A DNA stretch of 64,000 nt from Magallana gigas. Taxonomy: Eukaryota. The DNA is taken from the NCBI RefSeq assembly GCF_963853765.1, contig NC_088861.1, positions 40,548,001-40,612,000 of the forward strand, read 5' to 3'. The position numbers were made by a program, and so were the translations under genes. Below the pieces are notes generated by a model, which worked only from the letters and a program-made list of their open reading frames with translations, did no database searches and was not told where the DNA came from. Positions 1 through 12,913 of this stretch are shown here, one piece after another (positions within the stretch are counted from its first letter, which is position 1; each line of letters opens with the position of its first letter).

Positions 1-590
1 TTCCAACTGCTCCGCTGTGAGGAACACCATATACCTTTCATCCAAACATCTGACCTGAAGAATCCTGCTTCAATTAAATCCTCTGCAAACTACAAAATAA
101 CAATACTAATATTAGTCAATACTTAAAAGGTTTACCGAAATATAAGCATTTAGGGGTTTCTATTTACCTTTCGGCACCTCCGGTGTGAATTTCTGGCGAT
201 GCCTGCTGGCCACTCTACCGAGGCCCTGGTCTACTTGCCTGTGGCTCGGCTCTCTTAGGTTACAGTTCTCCACCATATTCTCCAAGATGGTCCTAGCTGC
301 TTTAAAAATGTTTCCCTTTGCCTGCTTCTAAAATAAATACCATGCATAAATACATAATGTATGATCAGTCAAACTGAGGTTGAGCTTTATAAATCTGGTT
401 AAAAAAATAGATCTGGTAAACTTACATCACGTATGGTCACAGCTATAATGTGGGATCCCGGTTTGGCTGGGTAGTTATGGAACTGATGTCCAAGCAAAAG
501 GTGTTCTCCTTCTGGATAATGGTAGCCCTACATTGGTCTAGCGTGTGTCTTAAAGAGCACCGCCAGTTAGTTGATTCACCGCGCTGCATC
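1..590 (-). pseudogene. FLYWCH + MULE (Mutator-like) transposase remnant, spliced; continues off the left edge
   Basis: Manual translation of GT-AG bounded exons (~590-426, 327-168, 82-1): NWRCSLRHTLDQCRATIIQKENTF..HQFHNYPAKPG (FLYWCH-like W-x-C...C...H), then KQAKGNIFKAARTILE...RHRQKFTPEVPK, then ERYMVFLTAEQLE, resembling the MULE 'HLIFAT.EQL' segment. Frameshifts present. Confidence 0.7.
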
Positions 591-1721
591 TAAAATATGC
601 ACATGCGTATTTATTAAGCATAACTTCTTTTATCAATCTATAGACTGTCCTAAGTTATTTATGTGGCATATTTGGCCGCTTTTCATTAAAATATACATAC
701 CTGTGTAAGAAGTGCAATTGAAATCGAAATTATCCGACACATCCGAGAACTACCGATTATTTATTTGCTTTGCGTTATTAATTTACAGCCCATCTATTAA
801 ATTAATTTTGGGCGAATTTATTGATGAAAAACTAGTTTAGGTTTTAATTCGGTTTTGCAAACTTTTCATTTATCTGCAGAACCGGTTTTGAACAAGTTCC
901 AAACCAAAACTAGTTTTTGTATTTTTCGGCTTTAAACTGAAACTAGTTTCCGGGAAACCTAAAACCACCTACGGTTGTGGTTTCGGTAGTTTTAAATCTT
1001 TACAAGATGGCAGACAAGAACGTGTTCGAAAGAGAATTGTTGATTCATGCGGGAACATGCGGGAAAGAATTCAATCAAATACAGGAATTCTCTGCTCATA
1101 TTTGCTGTGAAAGAAGGGGTAAGAAATCAGTTTGTTTGAAGTATAAAAAACTTGGTGAGGGTTTTTAAAGAGTTTTGCCACGCGAATTTGTTCAATTTTT
1201 CGTACAAAAACACGTGTTGTTGACGGCCCTAGCGAACTGTTTATCGAAATGGATAAAAACGAATATCGTTTTTTTTAAATTGAATTTATGAGTTTATCGT
1301 GGAACAAATGTTTGCTTTTGAATATCGAACTATTTTGAAATGTACATGATATAGGGCTAAAGGCTTAATCAATAAACAGCTGAGAGCAGTATAAAAATTT
1401 TACCCGAACAAACTTAGAGAAAAACATTTCAATTAAAACTCTGAGTTTTTAATGAAAATTTCGACCAGGAAAAAATTAACAAGATTTCCGGATGTAACAT
1501 AATTACCGATAGTTATTTTCAGAGATGCATCAATCACAGATAAATAGCTCATGAACGGTTACATATACCAGTAGCTCAGGCATAATTACATATTGGTTTA
1601 CACAAGTAACATGATCAATTGAATTTGTTTGTCAATGGATTTTCAATTTAACAATGAGGGTTATATACCTGTTAGCTGAACACAGTTCATCGTACATATA
1701 CTTTTCAGTTTGTTTATAAAC

Positions 1722-2100
1722 CAGGCACTTAGCATCAAGTGGGCCGAAAGAGGGTGCCCCCCCCCCCCTTTCTTGCGCGCAAGTATTTTTCGTTAATTTA
1801 TATACAAAAAATTGAATTAACATGGACCCCCCCCCCCCCCCCCCCACCGCTCACACTTTTATAGGACCATGTAAAAATCGAATTGATAATAAGGAAACAA
1901 ACAGTAAAATTGAAGTAAAATGTATACTTGCCCCTCCTCCTCATACCCCCACAGAGATTAGGAATTTTCAGGATTTTGTAAAATAACCTTTTTTCTTTTT
2001 GTTTCTTTCGTGTTTTTTTTTTTTGCTTGTCAAGATTTTTTGGACGAGCCCCCCCCCCCCCCCCCATCACACACATTTAAACAACGATGCTACGTGCCTG
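1722..2100. mobile_element. MITE with 15-bp TIR and 5-bp TSD, nested in the Harbinger element
   Basis: CAGGCACTTAGCATC ... GATGCTACGTGCCTG (1 mismatch). TAAAC is duplicated at 1717-1721 and 2101-2105. Internal poly-C tracts. Confidence 0.8.
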
Positions 2101-2347
2101 TAAACAGAAAGATACTCTATAACAAGACCAACACGCAATTTTCTTCAATTAAAAAATGAAGGTTTGATTAAAACTTCACTTATATGTAATAAAAATGTGA
2201 AAATGACCATTGCGTCCAGTCCCTATATAGTTGTCAGTTTTTGTCATCACTTTGTGGTGTGAATATTTATTGAGAGATTTGGTCTAAACGTTTAAATTTT
2301 TAGTACACATTGTAATGACAAGGTCACACCTATTATGATTTTCAATT

Positions 2348-3394
2348 TTATTGATTTCGAAGAACAGAGATGCTTTCTCGTTTTAATTCAGCAGACAATG
2401 GAACACCAAAAGCATACTGAAAGTTGTTTATTTCTTCTTCATCCCTTTCACCTTCTGGAATGTATTCCTCGCCGCTATCAGAGTTGTCTAAACAAAACTC
2501 GTGCAAGGTACAGCTGCTAAGGATAACACTAATAATGCGTTCCATATCAAGCATATCAATAAATTTCAAACGCCGGAATTTTCCTTAAAGTGAACCAAAC
2601 GATCTCTCTATTGACATGCGAGCTTTATATGGTGTTAAGAGCCAATCTTGCAATGGGTACGCAGAATCTTCTAGTATGTGGGTATTGCCGGGGAAAAATT
2701 GTCTGCACTGTTTGCTAGAGCATAAAGACTTGAATTTTTAAGCACCCTTGCGTCATGCACTGACCCTGGCGAGCCACAATATACATCAAGAAAATGCCTG
2801 GAGTATAATTGAGTGGAATCCTTTACGATTTATGTAATTTTCTTGATGTTCAGTTGGAGAACGAATTGGAATGTGAGAACCATTAACGGCACCGAGGACT
2901 CATGAAAACCCTTTCAGCTGTTGAAACTCATTGATAGTCCTTTGTACTCGATGACCAGTAGGCCATTTAATATGAAGTGGCATTATTTCAGAACAGACAA
3001 CGGATGAAATGCGCTTAACAAGGTTAAACACTGTTGCCTCACACACTCCAAATATATCTGCAATTGTTTGTAGGGTTATCTGTGTAGAAACATATTTCAC
3101 ATACAACAGCAACTGCTTTTCAACATAAATCTTCATGCAACCATCTCGATCACCACGTTCCAAATAAGGTGCTAATTTGATAACTAAAGACTCAAAATTA
3201 TGTCTGTTCATCCAAAACCTGTCTCCGAAATCGACCATTCTATACATGGGTAATATTGCCTCTGCATAATTAGTGATGCGAGTCTTCCTATGTCGCTTCT
3301 TTTTAATAAGAAGTGTTGAACTGAGCATAGTTGTCTTGTGTAAAATTTCATGCAAAGGCAGATAAGTTGAAAAATGATCTTCCTCAGATTCCAA
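2348..3394 (-). pseudogene. Harbinger (HARBI1-like) DDE transposase pseudogene
   Basis: HTH region IADIFGVCEATV...IKWP; catalytic motifs GAVNGSHIPI..P, YINRKGFHS, GSVHDARV, DSAYPL..WLLTPY, ARMSIERSFG.L, CTLHEFC. In-frame stops and deletions. Confidence 0.9.
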
Positions 3395-4191
3395 GAAAAA
3401 ATCCAGTAACTATGTCAGAGCTATGTCAGCCATTTTTAAACTAACTTTCCATTTACTGCTTAACATTTAAACCATCTAACTGGTTTCAAACTGAAAAGAA
3501 ACTATTTTAAAACCATAAACCTAAACTCGAACTAGTTTTTAACAATACATTCGCCCTATATATACATAATAGTAACATGACCTAGGAACCCTAGTTTCCC
3601 TATAGTACAGAAGCAACAACCGCGGTCCATCCAGCAGTACAATCTGCATTTTAAATGAAAAATAATGGAATCCTTATTTTTGTTAATAATTCAAAACATT
3701 TGTGCACTATATAGTAAATATTCATACATGTAAATAAAAATATACATTTCATATTAATAATTTCATACCCAGTAGTTTTTTTTAAAACATGTCAAAAGAC
3801 ATATCCTGAGGTGACTCATCCTTGCGCAGTGTCCAATGACATTTCTTTTTCACCATGCAACCTTTCTCAAAACTGTGGACAAGGGCACCGCAAAGTGGAG
3901 CATCCCTTCTCAAATGAAATATTAGGGGATGTATTATGTAGGATTCACATGTAATTGAAGAGACCGAACATTATATCTTCTTAAAATCTCTTTGAATTGA
4001 AATATTTCGTTTTTCTATCCATGTGCACGCTCTGGCGTGTTACATTTACGTGATTGACAAATTCCGTATATTACTAGCAAACATACCACAAATGTTTTAA
4101 ACTTACATAATATAGTTTTATTCTCTTTATTTAGTGACATACATTTCGCATTCAGACAATAACTGCAGGCAAATTTAAGTTCCATTATTAA

Positions 4192-5012
4192 AGGGGCATG
4201 GTCACGATTTTTAAAACATTATTTGTCCAATTTAAATGTTTACAATGCTTCAGTAAAGCATTTTTAAGAGGCAACTAAAATTTGAGTATCATCCATTGAG
4301 TTATAAGCGAATTACAGAGCTTGCAATTCTTTGCTATGTAAACAAAGCTATTGTCTACATTTTGAATGTTGAAGTGCAAATTCCAGTTTTAGACCTGAAA
4401 TGATTGTGTTAACCGTTAGGAACTGTTCATTTATTCTTAAAATGAAAAAAAAGAAGATAGACGAATCAGCTTGAAAAAGATTTTTTACTAGTATACTTAA
4501 CCTACTTAGCCTTGTTTACATGAAAAAGAATTAAGCGCAAGTGAATGCACGGTGAGCGCACGAAAAATGGGAAAGTAGTGGGACTGTATATTGCTAACTG
4601 TAAGTCTAGAAGATAGTTCGGCCATTTAATTTTAAATATATCTAAACTAAAATTTGAGTATCATCCATTGAGTTATAAGCGAATTACAGAGCTTGCAATT
4701 CTTTGTTATGTAAACAAAGCTATTGTCTACATTTTGAATGTTGAAGTGCAAATTCCAGTTTTAGACCTGAAATGATTGTGTTAACCGTTAGGAACTGTTT
4801 ATTTATTCTTAAAATGAAAAAAAGATAGACGAATCAGCTTGAAAAAGATTTTTTACTAGTATACTTAACCTACTTAGCCTTGTTTACATGAAAAAGAATT
4901 AAGCGCAAGTGAATGCACGGTGAGCGCACGAAAAATGGGAAAGTAGTGGGACTGTATATTGCTAACTGTAAGTCTAGAAGATAGTTCGGCCATTTAATGT
5001 TAAATATATCTT
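4192..5012. mobile_element. Kolobok-like non-autonomous element, one end only, with internal ~372-bp tandem duplication
   Basis: TTAA|AGGGGCATGGTCACGATTTT start. 4273-4644 and 4645-5012 are near-identical direct copies. No matching right TIR found. Confidence 0.55.
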
Positions 5013-5739
5013 AGTTTACTGAATATTTCAAAAGTCACAAACATTCTCTAAGATTATTATTTAAACAAACTTCAATACGCTTCAATGTTAATTACAAGTT
5101 CATGAGTATGTGCAGTTCTAGAACAATCAAGAGCTGAGATTCTTTTGGAACAACAGGAAGTGGCAGGACTGATTAAGAACAAAACAGTTCTGGGACTGTT
5201 CTTGTATGTTAAATGGGATAAGGGATTTGCTGTAATATTTAACGTTTAGGTACTGTCCTAGAACAAGTGTATTATGATTATTCTTGAGCAGCACTTTAAC
5301 TAAATGCTAAAAATTGTAAATCGTAAATTGATCTACAACAATCCCTGTTTCTAGTTTAAATCTAATGTATCATTTAAGAGTTTAAAAGATATGTTTAACA
5401 TTTAAACCATTTTCAACACGTTTAATTTTGTTCTATCCCAACAGGATTTTTACTCACATGTCTTGCTGAAAAAACTTTCAAAAGCTTACTTCAATCTCTC
5501 ATTTCTTTATTCATTTAAAAACTAATTATTAATGGCGACAATGTCATCATTACTAGAATCTGCTCAGTTAATCTGATGATTTACAAATCTTCCTAGGTTT
5601 TTCCACCTCGTTTTTTTCTTTATGTTTTGTTTCAATATAATTAATAAAACATTTTATCTGTGTTACTTTATAAAACAAAAATGAAAAACTTCAGTAGAAT
5701 TTTTTTTTCTTTGACCTTTGATTTTTATGTCCTATTGAT

Positions 5740-7385
5740 TGGTAAAGGTCAAAATATCAATTTAAAGTAGTTTGATGGCCCTACGATGTAAGGTTAAAAA
5801 GTTGTAGGTGTTTTAACAAACTTAAGAAACTTTTAGGAGCGATAACTGCTAGAAGGGGGCCTTGGGTCCTTTCGGTATGTATAGATTGAAGAACCCCCGA
5901 AATGTACTGAATACATTAGTTAAAGTTTGAAGTATCTTTCATAACGAGCTGAAAGGCTATATTTTGAAATGTCTCAAGAAATCCTACTACATCCATGAAC
6001 AAGTTTTTCTCTACCACCCTTAACAAAACAGATCAAAAAACTTATTAACTAACAGTTTTTCAACTGCTCCGTACCTTTATGTCATTTTGTTCGGCCAAGG
6101 TAGACGATTCCATCCCAATTGGTATGAACTATCCATGATCAAAAATCAAAAAGTTGGAAGTGAAATTTAAATAATTTCAGGGGAATAACTACTAGAAGGG
6201 GGCCTCAGATCCTCTCGGAATAAATAGATTGAAGAACCCTCTAAGTGTACTGAAGACGTTGGTAAAAGGTCCATCTCTATCTATTATGGTTTCAGAGGTG
6301 TAGCGATAACAAATTTTCGTACAATAGGGGCAATAACTCTGTAATACTTTAAAGGTAGGAGCCAAGGATGTCTGAAGATGTCATACTACATTCATGAAAA
6401 AGTTTTCTCTACCACCCTAAACAAAAATAATCCAAAAACGCATTAATTTACGGATTTCCAAATGACATTGACCCTTGACCTTTAGGTCAATTTTTAGCCA
6501 AGGTAGTCGCCTTTATTCAAAGTGGTCCGAAGTCTCTGACAAATAATAAAAAAACGTTGGAAGTGATTTTATAGAAATTTAAATAATTTCGGTGACAATA
6601 ACTACTAGAAGGGGGCCTCAGATCCTTTCGGAATGATAGATTGAAGAACCCTCTAAGTGTACTGAAGATGTTGGTAAAAGTTCCAAGTCTCTATCTCTTA
6701 TGGTTTCAGAGGGGTAGCGGTAACAAGCTTTTCGTATACAATGGCAATAACTCTTTAAGTTCTTGGAGTTATCAAGCAAAGTGTCATTTGGTGCCATAAC
6801 TTTTTATGCTCAATAAAATAAAGAAAAAATTGTTTCAATATCTCTCAAAATATAAAAAGCTGTCCCTGAAAAAAGAGAAGAAATAATAAAATAGTAGAGT
6901 AACTAATTATTCTCGAACAATTAGAGGTCTTTCCACCTCATTGTTTTGGGGTTTTTTTGTAATAAGATTGCTTCAATAGAATAAATTATCTTTATTTCGT
7001 TACTTCTTAAAAAAGTGTCCAAAAATTAAGTTTGGGAATTTTTATTTCTTGACCTTCATTTTAACCTTTATTTCATTTTGATTGGACAAGGTAGAGGATT
7101 TTATTGAATGGTCGACACTTTCATGGGCAGTAACTGCTGGAAAGGGACCCTTTCGGTATGAATAGATTAAAAGTGCGCCTAAATGTACTGAATACATTGG
7201 TAACAGTTTCAAGTCTCTATTTCTAACGGTTTATGAGGAGTAGCGATAACAAGCATTTTGTACAATAACTCTATAATTGTATCAAGGTAGGGGTCAAAAG
7301 GTTATATTTTGAAATGTCTGATGATGTCCTAATACATCCATGGAAAAGTTTTTCTCTACCATCCTTAACAAAAGAGATCTAAAAA
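5740..7385. repeat. Degenerate tandem array of a Helitron-N/satellite-like unit
   Basis: Recurring AATAACTACTAGAAGGGGGCC...GATTGAAGAACCC...TGTACTGAA blocks at ~5840, 6185, 6597 and 7129, with a secondary AATAACTCT about 135-150 bp after the last three. Confidence 0.6.
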
Positions 7386-10109
7386 CTCATACTTTAAGGG
7401 CAATCGCAACTTCTCGGTCCTTTCCGGCAGAGCTCGGAAAAACACCTCGAATATATTAGGTAGAAAAGTGTCATGGCGGAAGGAAAATGGCGGCGCCCAT
7501 GGTAATAATGCCCCTAAAAGTTACTGACATAAAAAAGCAATGTTTGCTATGTATATCTACCCAAAAGAGGCTTTTTAGACTAGATAATCCAAAATCAGTG
7601 CAGAATGGTTACATACAATCTATTGAAAGAATGTAGAAATACCAAGTTGGCAGTTTTTTGTTTGTTCATCGTGTGTGCACAAATGCCAGGCGGTAATTGC
7701 TATGAAGGAGACGTTCTCCTATCTCATCAAAGAAAGTGACGAAAGTGGGACTGGTGTCAGGACTAACAGATGTATGGCAGACAACATTATAAGATCCGTG
7801 GAAAAGCTCAAGATTTCTAAAACAGAATCTGAGGAAAAGGTCACTCGCACTAAGTCACGAAAGAAAATCGAATTTTCTTCAGAAGACGAAGATTCTCATT
7901 CTGCTCGTAGAGCAACTCAAGGTATTTACGTCATTTTAAAATTGTCTCTATGCATAAAAATGCCCTTCACCAGGTATTATCAGATTATGTAGAGATTAAG
8001 TAAACTTTGTAGAGGATACAGTATGTTATTTGATCTTCAACACCAAACTAAATAATTTTGCAAGAGCAGTACCAGTTATAGTAAAACAGACTATTGGAAT
8101 GCTTTCCGTAAGGTCAATGGAAGCTTAAAACAGTTCGAATAAAGTTCTCACATATGTTAATTACCTCTCATAAATTTATCAGATTATCGAAAGAGTCCCG
8201 GACGAAGATAGTGTCATGTATGCTCTATATTAACCATGTTGTAATTTCTCTTTGTAAAGGCTGATGTGGTGTAATGAGTGCACACTCTCCATTTCGAGAG
8301 AAGAATGGGTTCAAATCCCATCATTGGCATACATTTTAGAGAAATGAATACATGTGTTATATAAATGTGCGGTACATGTGCATGTATGAGTAGATAATAA
8401 AGTTTGAAAAAGGGTTAAAAGCAAAATGAAATAAGTTACAACTGCATCTTGAAAACTCAATTTATTGTTTATTGAAAAGCTTAACTGCTACTTCAAATAA
8501 ATATGTTTTTTAAGTGCTCATGCATAATATAGTACCTTTATATACATGCATTTCTAATGGCAATGACATTGATTTTGATTAAATATCGTTACAGAATGCC
8601 ATCCTAACACTTCTGAGCATAGCTACTCACAAGAAGAGAGAAATACAGCAGAGTTAAATAACATTTTTAAAGATTCTCGAAGAGACCAAAGCTTTACTTT
8701 AAAAACCATAAACTCTGAACTTGTCTCCAAAAATGACAGCAGTGTTCTATTCAATAGAGATCCATTGCGTTTGATGGACCCCCATGTATTTAACAATATT
8801 CTTCTCGAGATTAAAGAGAAATGTCCATATCTGCTTGGTGTTTTGGTATGCGGACTTGGCAGCAAACGGATTACTTAACGACAAGTCTGTTCAATTGTTA
8901 CCATGTATGCCATGTTCCTGCATGCAAGAAATAACAAAGCATCTGCTATGCAGATCATGTACACAGACATTGCAGTAAGAGTTTATTACGTCACAACACT
9001 TCCGGGATCATATGATATGCGTACTTCGAGCCCGATTCGTCAGTGTACTTTCATTTGTCTTCGAGAGTGGCTGTGGTCCACTCTCGCTCGTCAGACATAA
9101 CAGGTTTTAATAGATAACTACGTGGTGGTTATCATATAAGTGTTTATAATCACGTAGTGGTTATTATTTCTTTTTCATATTTAATACGTTACGAGGTAGC
9201 GTATTTTTTTTATATAGTTTTGCTGACAATGAGGTAATAGTATATAAACCATGAAGCATGCATTATTTACACAGCAACCTTATCATCATTACTTTACTTA
9301 TGATAAGTCTTGATTTATTTATTCCTTATAAAATAATCTAAGGATATTAGTACATGCATAGCATTGAATCATCTTTCAGGATTCTCATATTCAAAGACAA
9401 AGTACAGGAATGAATATGCTATTAACCTCAAATCATTTAGTGTCACCGATTACCAGTAATATATCAATTCACACTCCGTCATTAGAAACCTACTTGTAGT
9501 CCTCAAATTTTAATTTTATAACATGATTACATACATGTCATTTAACATGTTTATTTCGACCTCAACACCATTCCACATTCTTTGGGGTTTTTACCTATGA
9601 AAAACAATTTGCATGATAGATGCAATGTGGATTATACAATGTTTTTAGTTACATCTTTTCTTGTTTATCCTTGCCATCTTTCATTTTCATTGTAGCTTCT
9701 GTCAAGATCTTACATTTTCATTGTAGCTTCTATTAAGATTAAACCTTGCTCACATAACACTTTCACCAGAATAAAAAAGAAACATAATAGAGGATTTTGG
9801 AAAAGTTTGTGAAATGCAAATCATTCAAGACATAGCAAGTGGCTTAGATGGAAAATTAAATGGGGACAATTTAGATATGAGTAGTATAAGGCGCCTAGCT
9901 GGGGGGTTCAACTGAGTGCACTTTTTATGCAAATGAGGTAAAAAAACAAAACGGGTTTAAGGTTGAAATGAGTTTTGTTGAACAAGAACATCAAAAAAAA
10001 AACATGAAACAAGTGAAGAAATAAGCACAAAAGTTAAGTTAAAATTAGATCACTGTCCTTCTCTCTGAATGTAGTGATTATTTTCCATTGTTCCTCTTTT
10101 CCTTCTTCT

Positions 10110-10927
10110 TCTTGTCTTTTTAATTCTTTATTTTACAGCAATTCTTGGATCCATTCCGTTTGTTTGTCATTCATTTTTTTTTCTTCAGCCATTTTTTGGA
10201 TGTGAGGCAGGATATCGTTTAACCCCTCGTATAATTCTTTCAGCGGTTTAACGGCAGAGTTTTTATCTCCAGTCTAATTTTTGTTGAGTTACTTCTAGGC
10301 GTTTTTCCACTTGGAATTTCTCGTAATCTTTTTGACTGGCTATGCATTCTGGATAGTATGTGTCTTCTAACAGGTCTTGCTCTTTTTCCGAGATACTTTT
10401 TCTTCGTTTTCCACTTCCAAAACTGTCTGTACTGTAGTTTTTATCTCGGTTATCTCTGATTCTTCTTTTCAGTTGAATGTTTAGTTGTCTCTCAAATTCT
10501 TGGTCTTCTTCTTTTTCCGTCTTCAGTCTTTATTCTTTTTCAGTCTCCCATTCTCCTCAGGGTGATTTGGGTTTTTTTAGGAGGTGATGGGGTAGGGGAT
10601 GGCTCTCCTAGCAACACTCCGGACCCGCCGGAAGAGTGCGGCCGGTCCCCTGCTGACTCTAGGTGCTGGCGTTGCAACAACGTCCTCCAGTGAAGGAACG
10701 CGTCCTGGGGGAGGCGGCGGCGGTGGAGGCAAGAGGTCCACTCTCCCCAAGTCCTGTTCTCTTCCTAGCCTCTCCAGGGGGACAAGGGAGCATCCCGGGC
10801 CTGAAGAAGACTTACAGCCTCTGAAGATATCCTTGCGTAGCTCTCCCCATCCCACTGGTAGGTTACAACCTCCAATACTCTTCGAATATTGGGGACATCA
10901 GTATAAAAATACCTAATTCCAAATGAA
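10110..10927 (-). pseudogene. Decayed GC-rich cargo ORF(s) of the Polinton-like element
   Basis: MNSFGIRYFYTDVPNIRRVLEVVTYQW..., an overlapping Pro-rich frame, then a Lys/Glu-rich segment (EKEEDQEFERQL...EKFQVEKRLE). Broken by stops and frameshifts. A TATA-like box lies upstream. Confidence 0.45.
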
Positions 10928-10991
10928 TTCATCTTGGAGCGATTTACAAGAAATCTAGCAGACGAATGAGAGCTGGGCGGACATGCGCTGC

Positions 10992-11033
10992 TATTTATCA
11001 CTAGATATGACGTCATTTTCATTTATGACGTCA
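10992..11033 (-). promoter_or_regulatory. Putative promoter: two CRE/ATF palindromes plus a TATA-like box
   Basis: TGACGTCA at 11008-11015 and 11026-11033. GATAAATA on the minus strand at 10992-10999, upstream of the minus-strand ORF. Confidence 0.45.
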
Positions 11034-11150
11034 GAATCGTGTACTTGAATCCGCGCCAAGTCTTAAGCAATGCTCTACTAACCAGGCTAGCATGACAACC
11101 GGGTTTCAAGCAATGCAAACTCCCTAGAGAGTCTTATAGAGTGCAAAACA

Positions 11151-11345
11151 TTTATTTTAAATGATAGAAATAAAAAAAACTATGAAATAAAATGTCAAAT
11201 TTTTATTATTTTTTAACAAACAAATTAAACATTTGAACAAACATTTATTCGTTATTTTAAATGGTAGAAATTAAAAAAAACAATATGAAATAAAATTATT
11301 TTTATTATTTTCAAACAAACAAATTATACATTTAAAAAATTGTCT
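11151..11345. repeat. AT-rich imperfect tandem duplication (~100-bp unit)
   Basis: TTATTTTAAATG.TAGAAAT.AAAAAAA..ATGAAATAAAAT..TTTTATTATTTT..AAACAAACAAATTA occurs twice. Confidence 0.6.
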
Positions 11346-11476
11346 TTTTTAAAAACAAATTAATTATTTAACAAATTTCTTTTTAACATAGGCTCTAAAA
11401 CAATTGCAGTCTGTTGAATTCTTTGAAAACGAAATCGGTCATTTGCCAAAGTCATCCATTCACTTGTCCTATCTTC

Positions 11477-11860
11477 CTATGGTATTTCCAACACTTGAAT
11501 GTCCATATTAAACTTTACACTCCGTTTTCTTCGTCTATGGCTTGAGTTTTCAATTTCAGGTATAGAAATTCCAAAGTCACCATCTTCATATTGTCTATTT
11601 GTGAAATCACTCGACGAAAAGCTCTCCCCTGATGGGTGAAAATGCATCTCAGATACCCGAAGTTCTGATAATCCTTGTAGGAGACGCCTGTTAATTTCTC
11701 GAGTAATTGAATCGTGGCCCCCTCGCAAATCCAATAAATTGTGGCTAGTCTTCCGGGGAAAGGATTTTCTACTGCTAATATCAATAGTATGTGAGCAACT
11801 GGTGATGGTCCGAGCCAAAGCAAACACCCTCAATATTTTTTTCCGTTTTTCCTCGTTCAT
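11477..11860 (-). CDS. 127-aa uncharacterised cargo protein with a C-terminal RVxF-like motif
   Basis: ATG-initiated open ORF inside the Polinton-like element, ending RRRKRSVKFNMDIQVLEIP. Confidence 0.45.
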   Translation of the reverse strand: MNEEKRKKILRVFALARTITSCSHTIDISSRKSFPRKTSHNLLDLRGGHDSITREINRRLLQGLSELRVSEMHFHPSGESFSSSDFTNRQYEDGDFGISIPEIENSSHRRRKRSVKFNMDIQVLEIP

Positions 11861-12692
11861 GTCTGCATTCCATTTTGTTACTAATTGATAACCCTCAAAG
11901 GTAAGACTCTATATTTCGCTCATCATCAATTTTTTTTTGGCTTGACAGAATTATAACAAGAGGCCCATGGGGCCACATCGCTCACCTGAGCAACAATGGG
12001 CGTTCAAAAGATATTGTGCCATATGGTCCCTCGGTAGAAAAACAAAAAATAAATATTGTAAAGTATTCGAATTTTACACTTTTTTTGTATACATGTAATC
12101 TTTGACATTGTACCTTCATGAAATACTATTTTTTACCAGAATAAGAAAATTCTACGCAAGATATAAAACTAAACATTTGGTAGAGGTATACTGTTAAGTT
12201 GTTAACTTCCAAATCCCTATATTTTCGTTCTGCCCCCCCCCCCCCACTTTGTAAAGCGATCAAAATATATGAGTGCATATAGTTACATTTTTTTCATCAA
12301 CTACTCAGTACTTACTAGTTATTGTTTTAAAAAAAAATAATAGTTATTGTTTTTTATTTTAAAAACCCTACATGTATAGATGTGAAGAAGAAAATTGTAC
12401 CTCAATGTGCTCAATTTCTCAAATTAAAAACATTCAAAAATTTTATTTGTCTTCTCCATTACAATTAAATGACTGTTATTTACTTCGCGTACAAACCAGG
12501 ATAATTTTCCGCTGTGATATTCTTAGGAATAGCGATAATTACTTTATCCCCGCAACAGAAATGTGTCAGAAATATGGAAACTGTTTTAAAGATGTCGTTT
12601 TTATTTACTCGTGTCTGAAAAACTATCAAAATTGATGTAGATTTCACATTATTTATTGTATAAAGAGAGGGAGAGTAGATATATACAGAATA

Positions 12693-12913
12693 CTGTGGAA
12701 TCATTAAATTTCGTGGGGGCCAATTTTCGTGGATGACTTAAATTTTACAGATTCGTGGGGACGTAATTTCGTGTTTTCATATATATATCTACAAAAGGGA
12801 ATATGACTTTATTACCCTAATTCATCAATTTGTGAAGGATGTTATTTCGTGGATGAGAGGTACCCAAGAATTCCACGAAAAATGAGCCACCACGAAATCT
12901 AATGATTTCACAG
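12693..12913. mobile_element. Tc1/mariner-type MITE (TA TSD)
   Basis: TA|CTGTGGAATCATT...AATGATTTCACAG|TA with internal TTTTCGTGG/CCACGAAA motifs. Relatives at 23194 and 58492. Confidence 0.8.

Larger units (their letters stand above)
810..3556 (-). mobile_element. PIF/Harbinger DNA transposon, decayed
   Basis: Imperfect TIRs: GGGCGAATTTATTGATGAAAAACTAGTT at 810 and AACTAGTTTTTAACAATACATTCGCCC ending 3556. They enclose a Harbinger transposase. No clean TWA TSD (TTT left, TAT right). Confidence 0.8.

Noticed and set aside
977-1168. Harbinger second (Myb/SANT) gene
   Set aside because: Position and orientation fit, but no Myb/SANT motif is visible in the 63-aa fragment.
1632-2076. Poly-Gly ORFs
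   Set aside because: They arise from poly-C tracts of a MITE.
10599-10916. 105-aa plus-strand ORF
   Set aside because: Antisense shadow of a GC-rich minus-strand coding region.
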